Below, one piece after another: positions 1 to 9,616 of a stretch of 64,000 nt of DNA. The stretch spans positions 46,419 through 110,418 of the forward strand of contig CAVPXM010000013.1 of NCBI GenBank assembly GCA_963709405.1. The letters are read 5' to 3'. Under the pieces are notes generated by a model. The model saw nothing but the letters and a program-made list of their open reading frames with translations. It was not told the DNA's origin and did no database searches. A program made the position numbers and the translations under genes. How positions within the stretch are numbered: the first letter of the stretch is position 1; each line of letters begins with the position of its first letter. The DNA is from an uncultured Nitrososphaerales archaeon. GTDB lineage: Archaea > Thermoproteota > Nitrososphaeria > Nitrososphaerales > Nitrososphaeraceae.

Positions 1-102
1 TCGGTACTATACCAACATGCTATCCTCTCTCTCCCCGCCCCATAGTATCTAGCCTCGTTATATATCAGTCAAAGTAGATCATGCATCAAGTCAATAAAAA
101 TT
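1..102 (+). promoter_or_regulatory. Putative promoter/operator of radA-polB2 operon copy 1
   Basis: TATA-like GTTATATA at 57-64; ATCATGCATCAA at 78-89 (10/12 match to the perfect palindrome in copy 2); 1-40 resembles the reverse complement of the left palindrome arm upstream of copy 2. Confidence 0.55.
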
Positions 103-1110
103 ATGTCTCATGTCAGCGATCTACAGCTAGATGATATACCGGGAGTACAGCCACATCTAATAAGTAAGCTGAGACAAGCTGGTATCCAGTCAGTCCTTGA
201 TCTAGCTGTATCTGTCCCCCAGGAGCTTGCTGCAGGCGGAGAAGGTACCATAATTTCCGCCGATACAGAAGTCATATCAGAATTGGTATTGAAAGCCAAA
301 AAGGCTCTAATTGACTCGGGGGCACTTATCAAAGAATTCTCTACTGCTGACCAAGTGTTAGAGAGAAGAAAATCTCTTGTCAGATTTACCACAGGTTCTA
401 AAAACCTTGATGACTTTTTGAAAGGAGGAGTAGAATCCCAAGCTATAACAGAACTCGCTGGAGAATTTGGTTCAGGAAAGAGCCAAATATGTCATGCGTT
501 ATGCGTTACTGCTGCTAAAGGAACTAGGGGTCAAATTAACAGTATAATATTTGTAGATACTGAGAATACTTTTCGACCAGAAAGGATTCACCAAATAGCT
601 GAGGCCAGGGGGCTTGATTCAGACGAAATAATGAAAAAAGTGTTTGTGTGTAAAATAGTTAATAGTGCTCAGCTAGAAGCCCTGATAAGAAACCTTGGCA
701 AGTCAATTGAAGAGTATGAAGCTAGACTTGTTATTGTTGACAGTATTATCTCACTTCACAGAGCAGAGTATTCTGGCAGAGAAACACTAGCTGAAAGACA
801 GCAGAGACTTAATGTCATGTTGCATAAACTCATTCGCTTAGCAGAGATATACAATATAGCCGTAGTGCTGACAAATCAAGTTCAATCCTCGCCGGATAAT
901 ACCTATTCATTGAGAGCTACTGGCGGCAATATTATGGGCCATGCATGTACCTACAGAATTTTCCTAAGAAAGATCGGGCGAGATAGAATGGCAATAATGG
1001 TTGATTCCCCACACCATGCATACGACCAAGTTAAATTTACAATAACTGAGAAAGGGGTAGAAAATAGTGAAGCAAAAATAGCAATAGAAGGTAGCGAATC
1101 AGGGTGGTAG
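103..1110 (+). CDS. radA: RadA/Rad51-family recombinase paralog, apparently catalytically intact
   Basis: N-terminal HhH (LDDIPGV), FSTA polymerisation motif, Walker A GEFGSGKS, Walker B LVIVDS, RAEY..R..LAERQQRL, NQVQ, GGNIMGHACTYRI. Confidence 0.93.
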   Translation: MSHVSDLQLDDIPGVQPHLISKLRQAGIQSVLDLAVSVPQELAAGGEGTIISADTEVISELVLKAKKALIDSGALIKEFSTADQVLERRKSLVRFTTGSKNLDDFLKGGVESQAITELAGEFGSGKSQICHALCVTAAKGTRGQINSIIFVDTENTFRPERIHQIAEARGLDSDEIMKKVFVCKIVNSAQLEALIRNLGKSIEEYEARLVIVDSIISLHRAEYSGRETLAERQQRLNVMLHKLIRLAEIYNIAVVLTNQVQSSPDNTYSLRATGGNIMGHACTYRIFLRKIGRDRMAIMVDSPHHAYDQVKFTITEKGVENSEAKIAIEGSESGW

Positions 1111-1114
1111 TGGT

Positions 1115-2863
1115 ATGAGCCCTAACGAAATACTTTATCCTGACCCACATATAATTCCAGTACCACCTTCACCATCTTACCAACAACCAATACCTCTCGT
1201 GACACTATCTGAGCTAATTCCAGGCAAGTATGTATCTACAACAGCAAGAATTGTTTACGTCAAGACTGTGGAAAGACAGGATGCTCTTGGAAGCAAAACA
1301 ATTTTTTCTGGAATATTAGAAGATTCTACTTTCAAGGTTCCTTTTATTAGCCACAAAATTTCATATCCTCTGATAAGAAATTCTATTTATAAGTTCAATT
1401 CTTCATACGTACATGAATTTCCTGTTGATAAATCTCTATTACTTGTACTGACTGAACATACAAAGATTGACTCAAAGAACGTTGAAGATTATAGAGATTT
1501 CATTTGGAGTCCAAAGATAGAATCAATAAAAAGACCAGTTAGAAGTGTTAGTTTGAACGGAATAATAACTACTGTACATAACAATTCTGGGCTTATTAAA
1601 AGATGCAACAAATGTAAATCAATAATTTATGATACTTGTCCAAACAAATGTCCTTTAGATCAAGGCTGGGGTTGGGACCTAAGAGTTTCTTCTAGAGTGT
1701 ATGATGGCTCAGGCTCAATTAAGATGGTTTTGACTAAAGACATAGCATCAAGAGTTTTGCATAGAAACCTAAGTGAGCTAATTTTACTTGCATCACAGGA
1801 TAAACCCCTGACGCAGAACATACAACAGCAATCGTCCTCTGTAAAAATAAAAATTCCAGAGAGTATAGAAATAATAGAGGCGGTAACAGAGAACACATCC
1901 TCTTCCTACAGAAGTAATGGAAAACTTATTGTAACTGACGGAAGAAACCTAGTTTTCTTTCCCTCAGAATTGGAAGAAGAGGAAGCACACAAGTTCTCAG
2001 AGCATGTCAAAAGACTACTAAAGACTTCCGACGTAGAAGATAGAAAGATAATCAGAAAGCTGATTGAAAAAGCACTTGACATTAGCATCAAAAAAGTAAC
2101 GAGTATGAGAATGATGCAGGGAATTTATCTTCTAGAAGAACCAATTTCCTTGTATAGATGTGAAAGGGCAAAACTATACCTTGGATTTTCTATTAGAGTG
2201 AGTTTGATAGATGACGGTATAGTCACAGTCGAAGCAACCCCCCAAGCCTACGTCAGAGAAAGTGTACTTGATTATGTTAAACTAAGAAGAGAAAGAGGGG
2301 CAACTGCAAATGCCGTAGTACGTAATTTGTTGACATATAGAAACAAGGTAATAGTTGCACCATCTGGAAATTACGGCTGTATTGTCGATGTCGTTGCCAA
2401 AAAGGCGGGGAACCAACAGGTATCTAACACTGACAATAGGAATTTGGTAGAATTCTGGAAACAAGTATACGGTATTGAGATTTCACCTGATGAAATTCCT
2501 CTACTAAAAGTAAAGATGATGAATTCTGAAAATGTTTTTACTTATCCCCCTAGTATGTCCTTTTTTGGTAATGATTCTTTACTTATTTACGCAAATGTCC
2601 AGAGATTTATTGAAAATAAAAAATATAACCTAAAAGCAAAAATGGAAGATGTTGTCAGAGAAATACTACAGCAAGATCTAGCTATTGGCTCCGTAAAGCT
2701 AGAAGTAGAGGGATTAGCTGCTTCCCAACATTCGGATGTACAAAGCCAGCTCCTGCATGAAATAAGACAAAAATTGTTTGGAAGGAATGCTACAGCAAGA
2801 GGCTCAATTATGTTTGTACACGATGAGCTATGGTTTTTTCCTAATCAGATACAGCTTTTATAA
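1115..2863 (+). CDS. RPA-like ssDNA-binding protein (OB + Zn-finger OB) with inserted Argonaute-like N-L1-PAZ-L2 module
   Basis: OB1 (LSELIPGKYVSTTARIV..GILEDST); Zn-OB (SGLIKRCNKC..CPNKC..DLRVSSRVYDGSGSI) completed by C-terminal EIRQKLFGRNATARG; insert has L1-like LYLGFSIRV..SVLDYV and PAZ-like NLVEFWKQVYGIEI..IPLLKV..YPPSM. Confidence 0.72.
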   Translation: MSPNEILYPDPHIIPVPPSPSYQQPIPLVTLSELIPGKYVSTTARIVYVKTVERQDALGSKTIFSGILEDSTFKVPFISHKISYPLIRNSIYKFNSSYVHEFPVDKSLLLVLTEHTKIDSKNVEDYRDFIWSPKIESIKRPVRSVSLNGIITTVHNNSGLIKRCNKCKSIIYDTCPNKCPLDQGWGWDLRVSSRVYDGSGSIKMVLTKDIASRVLHRNLSELILLASQDKPLTQNIQQQSSSVKIKIPESIEIIEAVTENTSSSYRSNGKLIVTDGRNLVFFPSELEEEEAHKFSEHVKRLLKTSDVEDRKIIRKLIEKALDISIKKVTSMRMMQGIYLLEEPISLYRCERAKLYLGFSIRVSLIDDGIVTVEATPQAYVRESVLDYVKLRRERGATANAVVRNLLTYRNKVIVAPSGNYGCIVDVVAKKAGNQQVSNTDNRNLVEFWKQVYGIEISPDEIPLLKVKMMNSENVFTYPPSMSFFGNDSLLIYANVQRFIENKKYNLKAKMEDVVREILQQDLAIGSVKLEVEGLAASQHSDVQSQLLHEIRQKLFGRNATARGSIMFVHDELWFFPNQIQLL

Positions 2864-2864
2864 T

Positions 2865-3654
2865 ATGTCATTTAACATGCATTCTGCGTTAGAGCAATTC
2901 AATGAACATAGAAACACTTTGAAGATGACAACGGGATCTGCAGACCTTGACTCACTTATAGATGGTATACAGGAAGGTCTATTCTATCTGTTTTATGGCA
3001 ATAATCGCTTGGCTCTAGATGCACTAGTCTATACATTTCTTGTCAACTGTGTGCTGCCAATAAAACAAAGATATGGCTTTGAGTCAATGGCAGTTTGTCT
3101 TAATAATGTAGATTATTGTGATCAAAGAAAGACAGCTGCACTAAGCCCAGAGAAAATAGGAGTTGGCAGCAAAATGTGCTAATATAGACCCAAAGATTAT
3201 TTTTAAGAACCTATATGTTCACCCCGCATATAACCAGCAGCATCAACTAACGGTAGCAGAGCAAGTTGCTGACCTAATAGAATCTAACAATGACATAAAC
3301 CTGCTGGTAGTGAATAACATAACGAAATTCTTCCGCGAATCAAAAAATAAAATGGAAACTGCCAATATTCTAAAGGAAGTAGTAGGGATAATTAGCAGGG
3401 CCCGTACCAAAAACAAAGTGGCTGTGGCGTGTACTGGAGATGCAAATACAACGGCCAAAGGAATAATACCACGACCAATTGGTGGTATATACTTAAAACA
3501 TACAGCAAATGTAATTGTACATTTCAAAGAATTCTCCAAGACCTCCGGTATCCCTTCATTTAAGGCCACGCTAATAAAGCATCAATACACAAAGACTCCA
3601 AAATCTGCAGTTATGTATGTAAGAAAAGCTGGGGGAATGATGCTTTTAGATTGA
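2865..3654 (+). CDS. Inactivated RadA-like protein (iRadA), split by a +1 frameshift near 3163
   Basis: TTGSADLDSLIDGI RecA-fold start; Walker A degenerate (YGNNRLALD); Walker B LLVVNN; PIGGIYLKHTANVIV; ATG at 2865 one base after the upstream stop. Confidence 0.8.
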
Positions 3655-3667
3655 GAGGTGTTGGAAA

Positions 3668-4027
3668 ATGGGCAGAATAACACCATCATTTCGTCAATTG
3701 TATGAAGAAATAATATCAGAGCTAAGAACAGAGCTGCAGGCAGCGCTTGTAGATCTAGGCCACAAAAGTGCCTTTGACCTTCTGTTAAAAGAAGCCTGGA
3801 ATCCGGAGCAGGCGGCTATGGGGAATTCTACGTTACCAACAGTAAGCGACAAACTTAACTTCATGGCATCTATCCATAATAGAAAACTAATTGCGGCATT
3901 ATCAAGAGAATTAAAAGAAAAGGATTTGGAGATACAAGAACTCAGACAGAATATCAACTCGCTTGAAAATAAAATAAATGCTTTGGCTACTAAAACCAAA
4001 CAAGTGGAAAAACAGGAGGTCCAATAA
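3668..4027 (+). CDS. Small helical PolB2-associated protein (arCOG07300-like) with C-terminal coiled coil
   Basis: MGRITPSFR..AL.D...AFDLL..A signature; lies between iRadA and PolB, as in known PolB2 operons. Confidence 0.75.
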   Translation: MGRITPSFRQLYEEIISELRTELQAALVDLGHKSAFDLLLKEAWNPEQAAMGNSTLPTVSDKLNFMASIHNRKLIAALSRELKEKDLEIQELRQNINSLENKINALATKTKQVEKQEVQ

Positions 4028-4029
4028 CG

Positions 4030-6219
4030 ACGACCCGTTGCACTGGATGGCTTCTTGATGTATCTATTGACAACGATCATGCAATACTATGGATAAAGAC
4101 CGAAGATGGACAAATCCTTAAACTAAGAGACTCATATCATCCAGGATTCTATATATTACCAAGAAACGAATCCGATGAATTACATCTTTTTCAAATTCTA
4201 TCTAGAGAAGAAGATATAACGGTAAGGGAGGAAAACAAGCTTACAAACCTTTTTGATAGTAGGAAGCAAACAAGACTAATTTACGTACAATTACATTCCT
4301 TAAGATATTATCAATCTCTGCTAAAGAAGCTAGCTGAACATTCTCAAGTAAAGCAATTGTTCAATGCAGACCTTTTACACGTCCAACAATATCTCTTTAC
4401 TAAATTAAAAATTGAACCTACAAGCAAAGTGAAGGTAGAATACAATGGATCAAAGCTACTTGGAGCAGATAAGGTTGATGACACCGATGATTTACATTCT
4501 CCCCCGTTTTCATTACTATATTTTGACCTTCATACGTATTCAGGAATACTTGCTTCAGATGACGCTATCAGGATGATTAAGGTAAGATATGAACAAAACG
4601 ATGTCATATTTAATAATAGTGAAGAAAAGGTAATTTTGCAACAGTTCTCTGATTGTGTTCACGAAAAAAATCCTGACATTATTGTTTGCATGGACAATTA
4701 TGATGATGGTAAAGTGCTTCGGTATCTATTTGCCAGAGCAAAGAAGATTGGATTTCATTTGCTGCTTGGAAGGGATGCAGAATTCAACGGAAGGATTTGC
4801 ATCAGCAACAGTAGTTATAGAAAGACAACATACTTTGATGAATTCGGGTTTGCTGGATTAATAGAGCGAGCAAGATTTGGCTTTCTTCCTTTGGATTTGG
4901 CAGCCAAATATAGTATAAACCGTCTAATCGATGGCAGGAATTGTTTTGAACTAATTCAGAGAGAATTTATTATTCCTTCTAGGGGCAACAATCATGAGCA
5001 TGTCAGAACTGTAGAGCAAATAATTTCAGGAGATAAGGGGGCTATGATAATTTCTCCGCAAATAGGTCTGCATGAAAATGTGCTTGCTTTAGACTATGAT
5101 AGTGAATATGCAAATCTAATTGTAAACCACAATTTGAGCTATGAAACTGTTGGCGGGGAAACCATCCATCATCCAAAGAAAGGATTACTTCCTAGCATAG
5201 TTGAGCGATTCCTCAAAAGACGACTATATTTTAAAAAATTGTTAAAAGAAATACCCAGAGACAGTATAGAATCTGTATGGTGTGAGCAAAGAGTAAATTC
5301 ACTAAAGAATATACTTGTTTGCCTTTATGGTTCAACTGGTTCTCTTTGGAATAGGTATGGAAATGTGCTTGCATTTGAGGAAATCAATAGGCTATCTCGA
5401 GGAGTACTGATAAAAACAAAAGATATTGTACAATGGCTAGGTTATGAGCTAGTATATGCAGATACTGACTCTGTATTTATCAAGAGAACAGAATCTGCTA
5501 GAGATTATAATGAAGCTATAGGTACCCTTTCAAAGCAAACTGGTCTTTCAATATCAATTGACTACCATTACAAGTTTTTAGTTTTATTACCATTAGAAGC
5601 AGATGAAAGGATAGAAGTACTCAAACATTACTTTGGAATTACTTTTGACGGTGAGCTAGTGGTTAGAGGTATAGAGATAAGAAGACACGACGTCCCCGCT
5701 TTTATAAAGCAATTTCAAACCAACCTTCTTTATACGCTATTTGATTGCAAAGATTCATCTGAAATACTATCAAAAGGATATGAAAATGCTCTTTTACTTG
5801 TCACTCAAGCGATTGATGCGATCATGACGGGGGAAGGGATTGATGATAAAGATCTTGTAATCTCCAAGTTGCTGAGACAGGATATACAAAAATACAAGAG
5901 TTTATTCCCCCATGTGTCTGCGGCTATTCAACTAAAAAAGTATCCTCTAAAAGGTGACACAATTCAGTATATTTACACAGATTCAAAGCATAACAATCCT
6001 CTTTGTAGAGTAGTTCCTATAGAAAATACTAAATCTCTGCCCCAGGACGATAAAGAAAAGTACAAAGAAATGATACTTGATGCTGCAGAAACAGTTCTAG
6101 GATTTTTTGGCTTTGATAGGACTGTTTACAGCAATTTCAAGAGGAATACGAGAAGAAAAAAGTGGTATGAAGAATTAAGAGAACAGAGAGTAAGTGACAT
6201 AGAAACGGAGATGCTTTGA
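4030..6219 (+). CDS. PolB2-like family B DNA polymerase; start codon reads ACG
   Basis: Open frame from 4030 aligns with the copy 2 N-terminus (TTRCTGWLLDV vs MTSCIGWLLDV); motif A DYDSEY, motif B KNILVCLYG, motif C YADTDS, VRGIEIRRHD; ExoI is D-L-H. Confidence 0.88.
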   Translation, partial: TTRCTGWLLDVSIDNDHAILWIKTEDGQILKLRDSYHPGFYILPRNESDELHLFQILSREEDITVREENKLTNLFDSRKQTRLIYVQLHSLRYYQSLLKKLAEHSQVKQLFNADLLHVQQYLFTKLKIEPTSKVKVEYNGSKLLGADKVDDTDDLHSPPFSLLYFDLHTYSGILASDDAIRMIKVRYEQNDVIFNNSEEKVILQQFSDCVHEKNPDIIVCMDNYDDGKVLRYLFARAKKIGFHLLLGRDAEFNGRICISNSSYRKTTYFDEFGFAGLIERARFGFLPLDLAAKYSINRLIDGRNCFELIQREFIIPSRGNNHEHVRTVEQIISGDKGAMIISPQIGLHENVLALDYDSEYANLIVNHNLSYETVGGETIHHPKKGLLPSIVERFLKRRLYFKKLLKEIPRDSIESVWCEQRVNSLKNILVCLYGSTGSLWNRYGNVLAFEEINRLSRGVLIKTKDIVQWLGYELVYADTDSVFIKRTESARDYNEAIGTLSKQTGLSISIDYHYKFLVLLPLEADERIEVLKHYFGITFDGELVVRGIEIRRHDVPAFIKQFQTNLLYTLFDCKDSSEILSKGYENALLLVTQAIDAIMTGEGIDDKDLVISKLLRQDIQKYKSLFPHVSAAIQLKKYPLKGDTIQYIYTDSKHNNPLCRVVPIENTKSLPQDDKEKYKEMILDAAETVLGFFGFDRTVYSNFKRNTRRKKWYEELREQRVSDIETEML

Positions 6220-6465
6220 TGAAGACAAAAGGAGTTCTCGTGTATATTTCATACATATGAGCTTATCCTATGTATCTGATAAGTATCCTTAATTGAATCA
6301 TCATATAAAAAATATCATAAAGGCATTAGAATAACCAAGGACAAAATTAAGAAATATGCTTTTGCCTATGTGCAGTTAATAAATTAAGATATATCTTTCA
6401 ATCAGGTTGGTTCGACTTAAATCTTCAACTGAAATAGCTCCCTAGAGTCACCTTGATACCACGAG

Positions 6466-6860
6466 CTGTAACTTCTACTGCGTATCTGAATTTTTTGTCT
6501 AATTCAGGTATGATATCTCTCAAACTATTCATACCTTCAACTATACCTGTCGAGGGTGGTAACTATATCAATAATGCTAAAATTTTGTCTTCAAGGTTAG
6601 CTATAGAAGAAAAGAACAATTTCAGTTCTCTTTCTACATCTTTTAGCCTTTTATCATGAGTTATGACTCTTGGAAATTTGGCAGCAAATCTAAAATGGTC
6701 AGGAGTCTTTTTGCACCAATTCTTACCATAAATTCGTTAGGAATCCTGTAGAAAGAAGAATCAATTTCGACAAAATCAAATACTTGAGAATAATAACTTA
6801 ACCACTTGGAATTTTCCAGATTGAGAGGATAAAATGGTCCTTGCCATGCTGAATAACATA
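6466..6860 (-). pseudogene. DUF72-family remnant
   Basis: YSAWQGPFYP..LSYYSQVFDFVEIDSSFY, then after a frameshift WCKKTPDHFRFAAKFPRVITHDKRL..LLI*LPPS..YAVEV; internal stop, truncated. Confidence 0.8.
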
Positions 6861-7164
6861 ATACGTCGTTTACAGAAAAGACAATGCACAGTTCGTTCCC
6901 ATGAATCGATAACTGACAAGTTACTGTAGTATAATACATCATATCTAAGCTATATGTAGCGCAAATCGAGAGCAATTAGAATACAACATTTAATATCCGA
7001 CCAGGACGCAACTGTTATACTTCAAGCCGATCTCGAATCCTAGAAGTACATCTTATATAATTTATTCCTGTAGTAGGTCTTATGGAAGGTGTAAAGAATC
7101 ATGCATTTATTAGAAATATAGTCTATGGAACACTGCTTTTCCGCCGACAAGAAGGAGAGAAACA

Positions 7165-7970
7165 ATGACCGACCACAAGATCGGAACACGTGAAGAGTGG
7201 CTTGCGGCCAGGCTAGATCTGCTAAAGGCCGAGAAGGAGCTGACGCGACGTAGCGACGAACTGGCGCAGTGGCGGCAGAGGCTGCCGTGGGTTCGAATTG
7301 ATAAGGAATACCGTTTCGAGACCGACGAGGGCACCGCGTCCCTAGCCGATCTCTTCAGAGGACGTTCGCAGCTCCTCGTCTATCACTTCATGTTCGGCCC
7401 CGAGTACACAGGCGGACTGCCCGGCGTGCTCGGCCATCGCGGACGGCTTCAACGGTTTTGCTGTGCATCTCGAACACCACGACGTCGCGATGATCGGGGT
7501 CTCACGTGCTCCGATCGCCGCGTTGCAGGCCTACAAGCGCCGCATGGGCTGGACGTTCAGGTGGGCCTCGTCGCTGGATAGCGATTTCAACTATGACTTC
7601 AACACGTCGTTCACAGAAGAGCAGCGAGCTCTCCGGCAACCTGTACTATAACTACCACAAGGGTGGCATAACCTCAGGTTCGGAGGCCGGCTCAGAGGGC
7701 AGTCAAGACCGGCGTCAAGCTGATTTGGCGCTGACGCCAAAAGTGTTCGCTGCCATGACCGGAACCGACATCCCCACTTACACTCGCGAGGCGCCGGGCA
7801 TGAGCGCGTTCGCGCTCTCCGACGGCGTCGTCTACCACACCTACTCCACCTACGCTCGCGGTCTCGACGCACTCTGGGGAATGTACCAGTGGCTTGACCG
7901 CGCACCGAAGGGGCGTAATGAAACTGGGCCATGGTTTCGGCGGCACGACGAGTACACGGAGAATAGCTAA
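7165..7970 (+). pseudogene. DUF899 thioredoxin-like protein, frameshifted, GC-rich
   Basis: REEWLAARLDLLKAEKELTRR..LPWVRIDKEYRF..LFRGRSQLLVYHFMFGP; VYHTYSTYARG..LDRAPKGRNE; spread over three frames. Confidence 0.88.
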
Positions 7971-8579
7971 TATGGCCTAGCCTAGCCTGCGTCTTCCGCA
8001 CTATTACATACATCTACTGTATTACCTGCCACAGATAGACATCCTTTCATAAATCCTCTCTCGTATGCGCTACCACATGTACCTGAATGTACCCTGATTG
8101 AATGGATCATTCAGACCATAGTTGATTCCTTGTTGGAAACAAGAGCCATGTACTTTTCTTGCGTTGATGTTGTTCTCCGGCGAAAAGATCAATAGCACTA
8201 ATGCTAGTTTAAGATCACGACAGATTTCATTATTACAGTTCTGTCTTTCAACCATCGTCTATACACCTGTAAAAAAATAGTTAGCCTGGATTAAAACATT
8301 AATCATGGAAGGGACCAAAAGTACACGGGACTCCGTTTACGTCAATACTTACACTATCTTCTCGATTTGTGTAGGTTAATTGGCTCGTTTTCTTACATTT
8401 TGCTATTACTGCATCTGACATGGCCGGCCCTACCACAATTGCTGCCTACTAACGCTGCTAATGCTAATTCTATTACAAAGGATATTGTTTCAACCTATCA
8501 CTTTTATAATATATGCATAGTGTTGAACATTTGCCCAATTAATTTAGAATAAGAAATATGTGACTACGATGTGTAAGCA

Positions 8580-9204
8580 CATCCTGTTCTTTATGCTGAA
8601 AGCATATTAGATAAAGGTCATCCTGAACAGATATCAGTGAAGGAAGCATCAAAAGATCCTGTCTTTCAGACTTTGGTTGGTGGCAACCTGACTCAGCTTC
8701 CTCTCAACCAGACTAACGTTACTGACAATCGCAAAGGTACATTACCTGAACAAAACAACACGAATAATGATTTAATTAGTATTGAAAATCAGCTTAAGCC
8801 TGCACTTGTAAGAGTATATGAAAATGATACATCTCCAAATGCCTCACTGCTGTCAGCCAAATGCATAAACATCTTTGGTTGCCCTAGTTATGGAAAATCG
8901 TTTTCTGCCCTGGGTAGTGTCAATAGCATGATAGGGAACGTGACTTCAAATATCGGTATCCTGATACTCGTAGGAAAAAATGATAGCCAAACCCCCACTT
9001 GAACAAGCGTCGCTGTTACAACAAAGATTAACAGAAGTAAATCATCCTGACCATCTAATGATTGTCTTTCCAGGTCTTGGACATACATTTGTCCCTTCCA
9101 ATCAATGGATAACCTCACACGGTCAAATGGAAGAATATGTATTTCAGGATATATATGAATGGCTCACATCTCCCGCAAGAGAGGTCAATGAAGAGGTACG
9201 GTAA
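8580..9204 (+). pseudogene. Alpha/beta hydrolase C-terminal fragment
   Basis: ILILVGKND-SQTPLEQA..HPDHLMIVFPGLGHTF (catalytic Asp/His region); frameshifted; nucleophile region absent. Confidence 0.7.
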
Positions 9205-9616
9205 AAAAACGACCTTGGCACTAAAGATATCAACTATTCGATATCTTTCATTGAGAATAATAAAGTGGTACAATGATGTAGAGATAGTCGAACTAGAGCA
9301 ACACATGGTTCTGGCCCTGATGTTACAAACATAAGACAGATAGACAAAGACTTCAAAGCGTTATGGCCTTTTACTTATAGAATAGTTAACGAATCTCGAG
9401 AGACGATCCAGGTTGTTGATAGGAATCCAGATAATCTACTAATGAAATGGATTCCTGATACTTTAACACCAAAGGAATGTATTAAACGATTAATTAAGAA
9501 ACGAACTGGATTATGATGTTAACCATGGCTAATGGCGTCTTTTAGAAATAAAATATCTATATACAATCCACTAAGAATATTGTTTATTAGATAGTCCAGT
9601 ATTCCTCAGTAACGTA

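Noticed and set aside
1115-2863. A complete Argonaute or a split-Argonaute defence system
   Set aside because: No MID/PIWI motifs in this protein or in any ORF of the window that I could recognise; only the N-terminal lobe is supported
2778-2864. N-terminal extension of the iRadA ORF
   Set aside because: Overlaps the upstream gene; ATG 2865 matches the copy 2 start region
108-4080. Minus-strand ORFs conserved between the two operon copies (e.g. 108-392, 3243-3569)
   Set aside because: Shadow ORFs of the conserved sense genes, with no motifs
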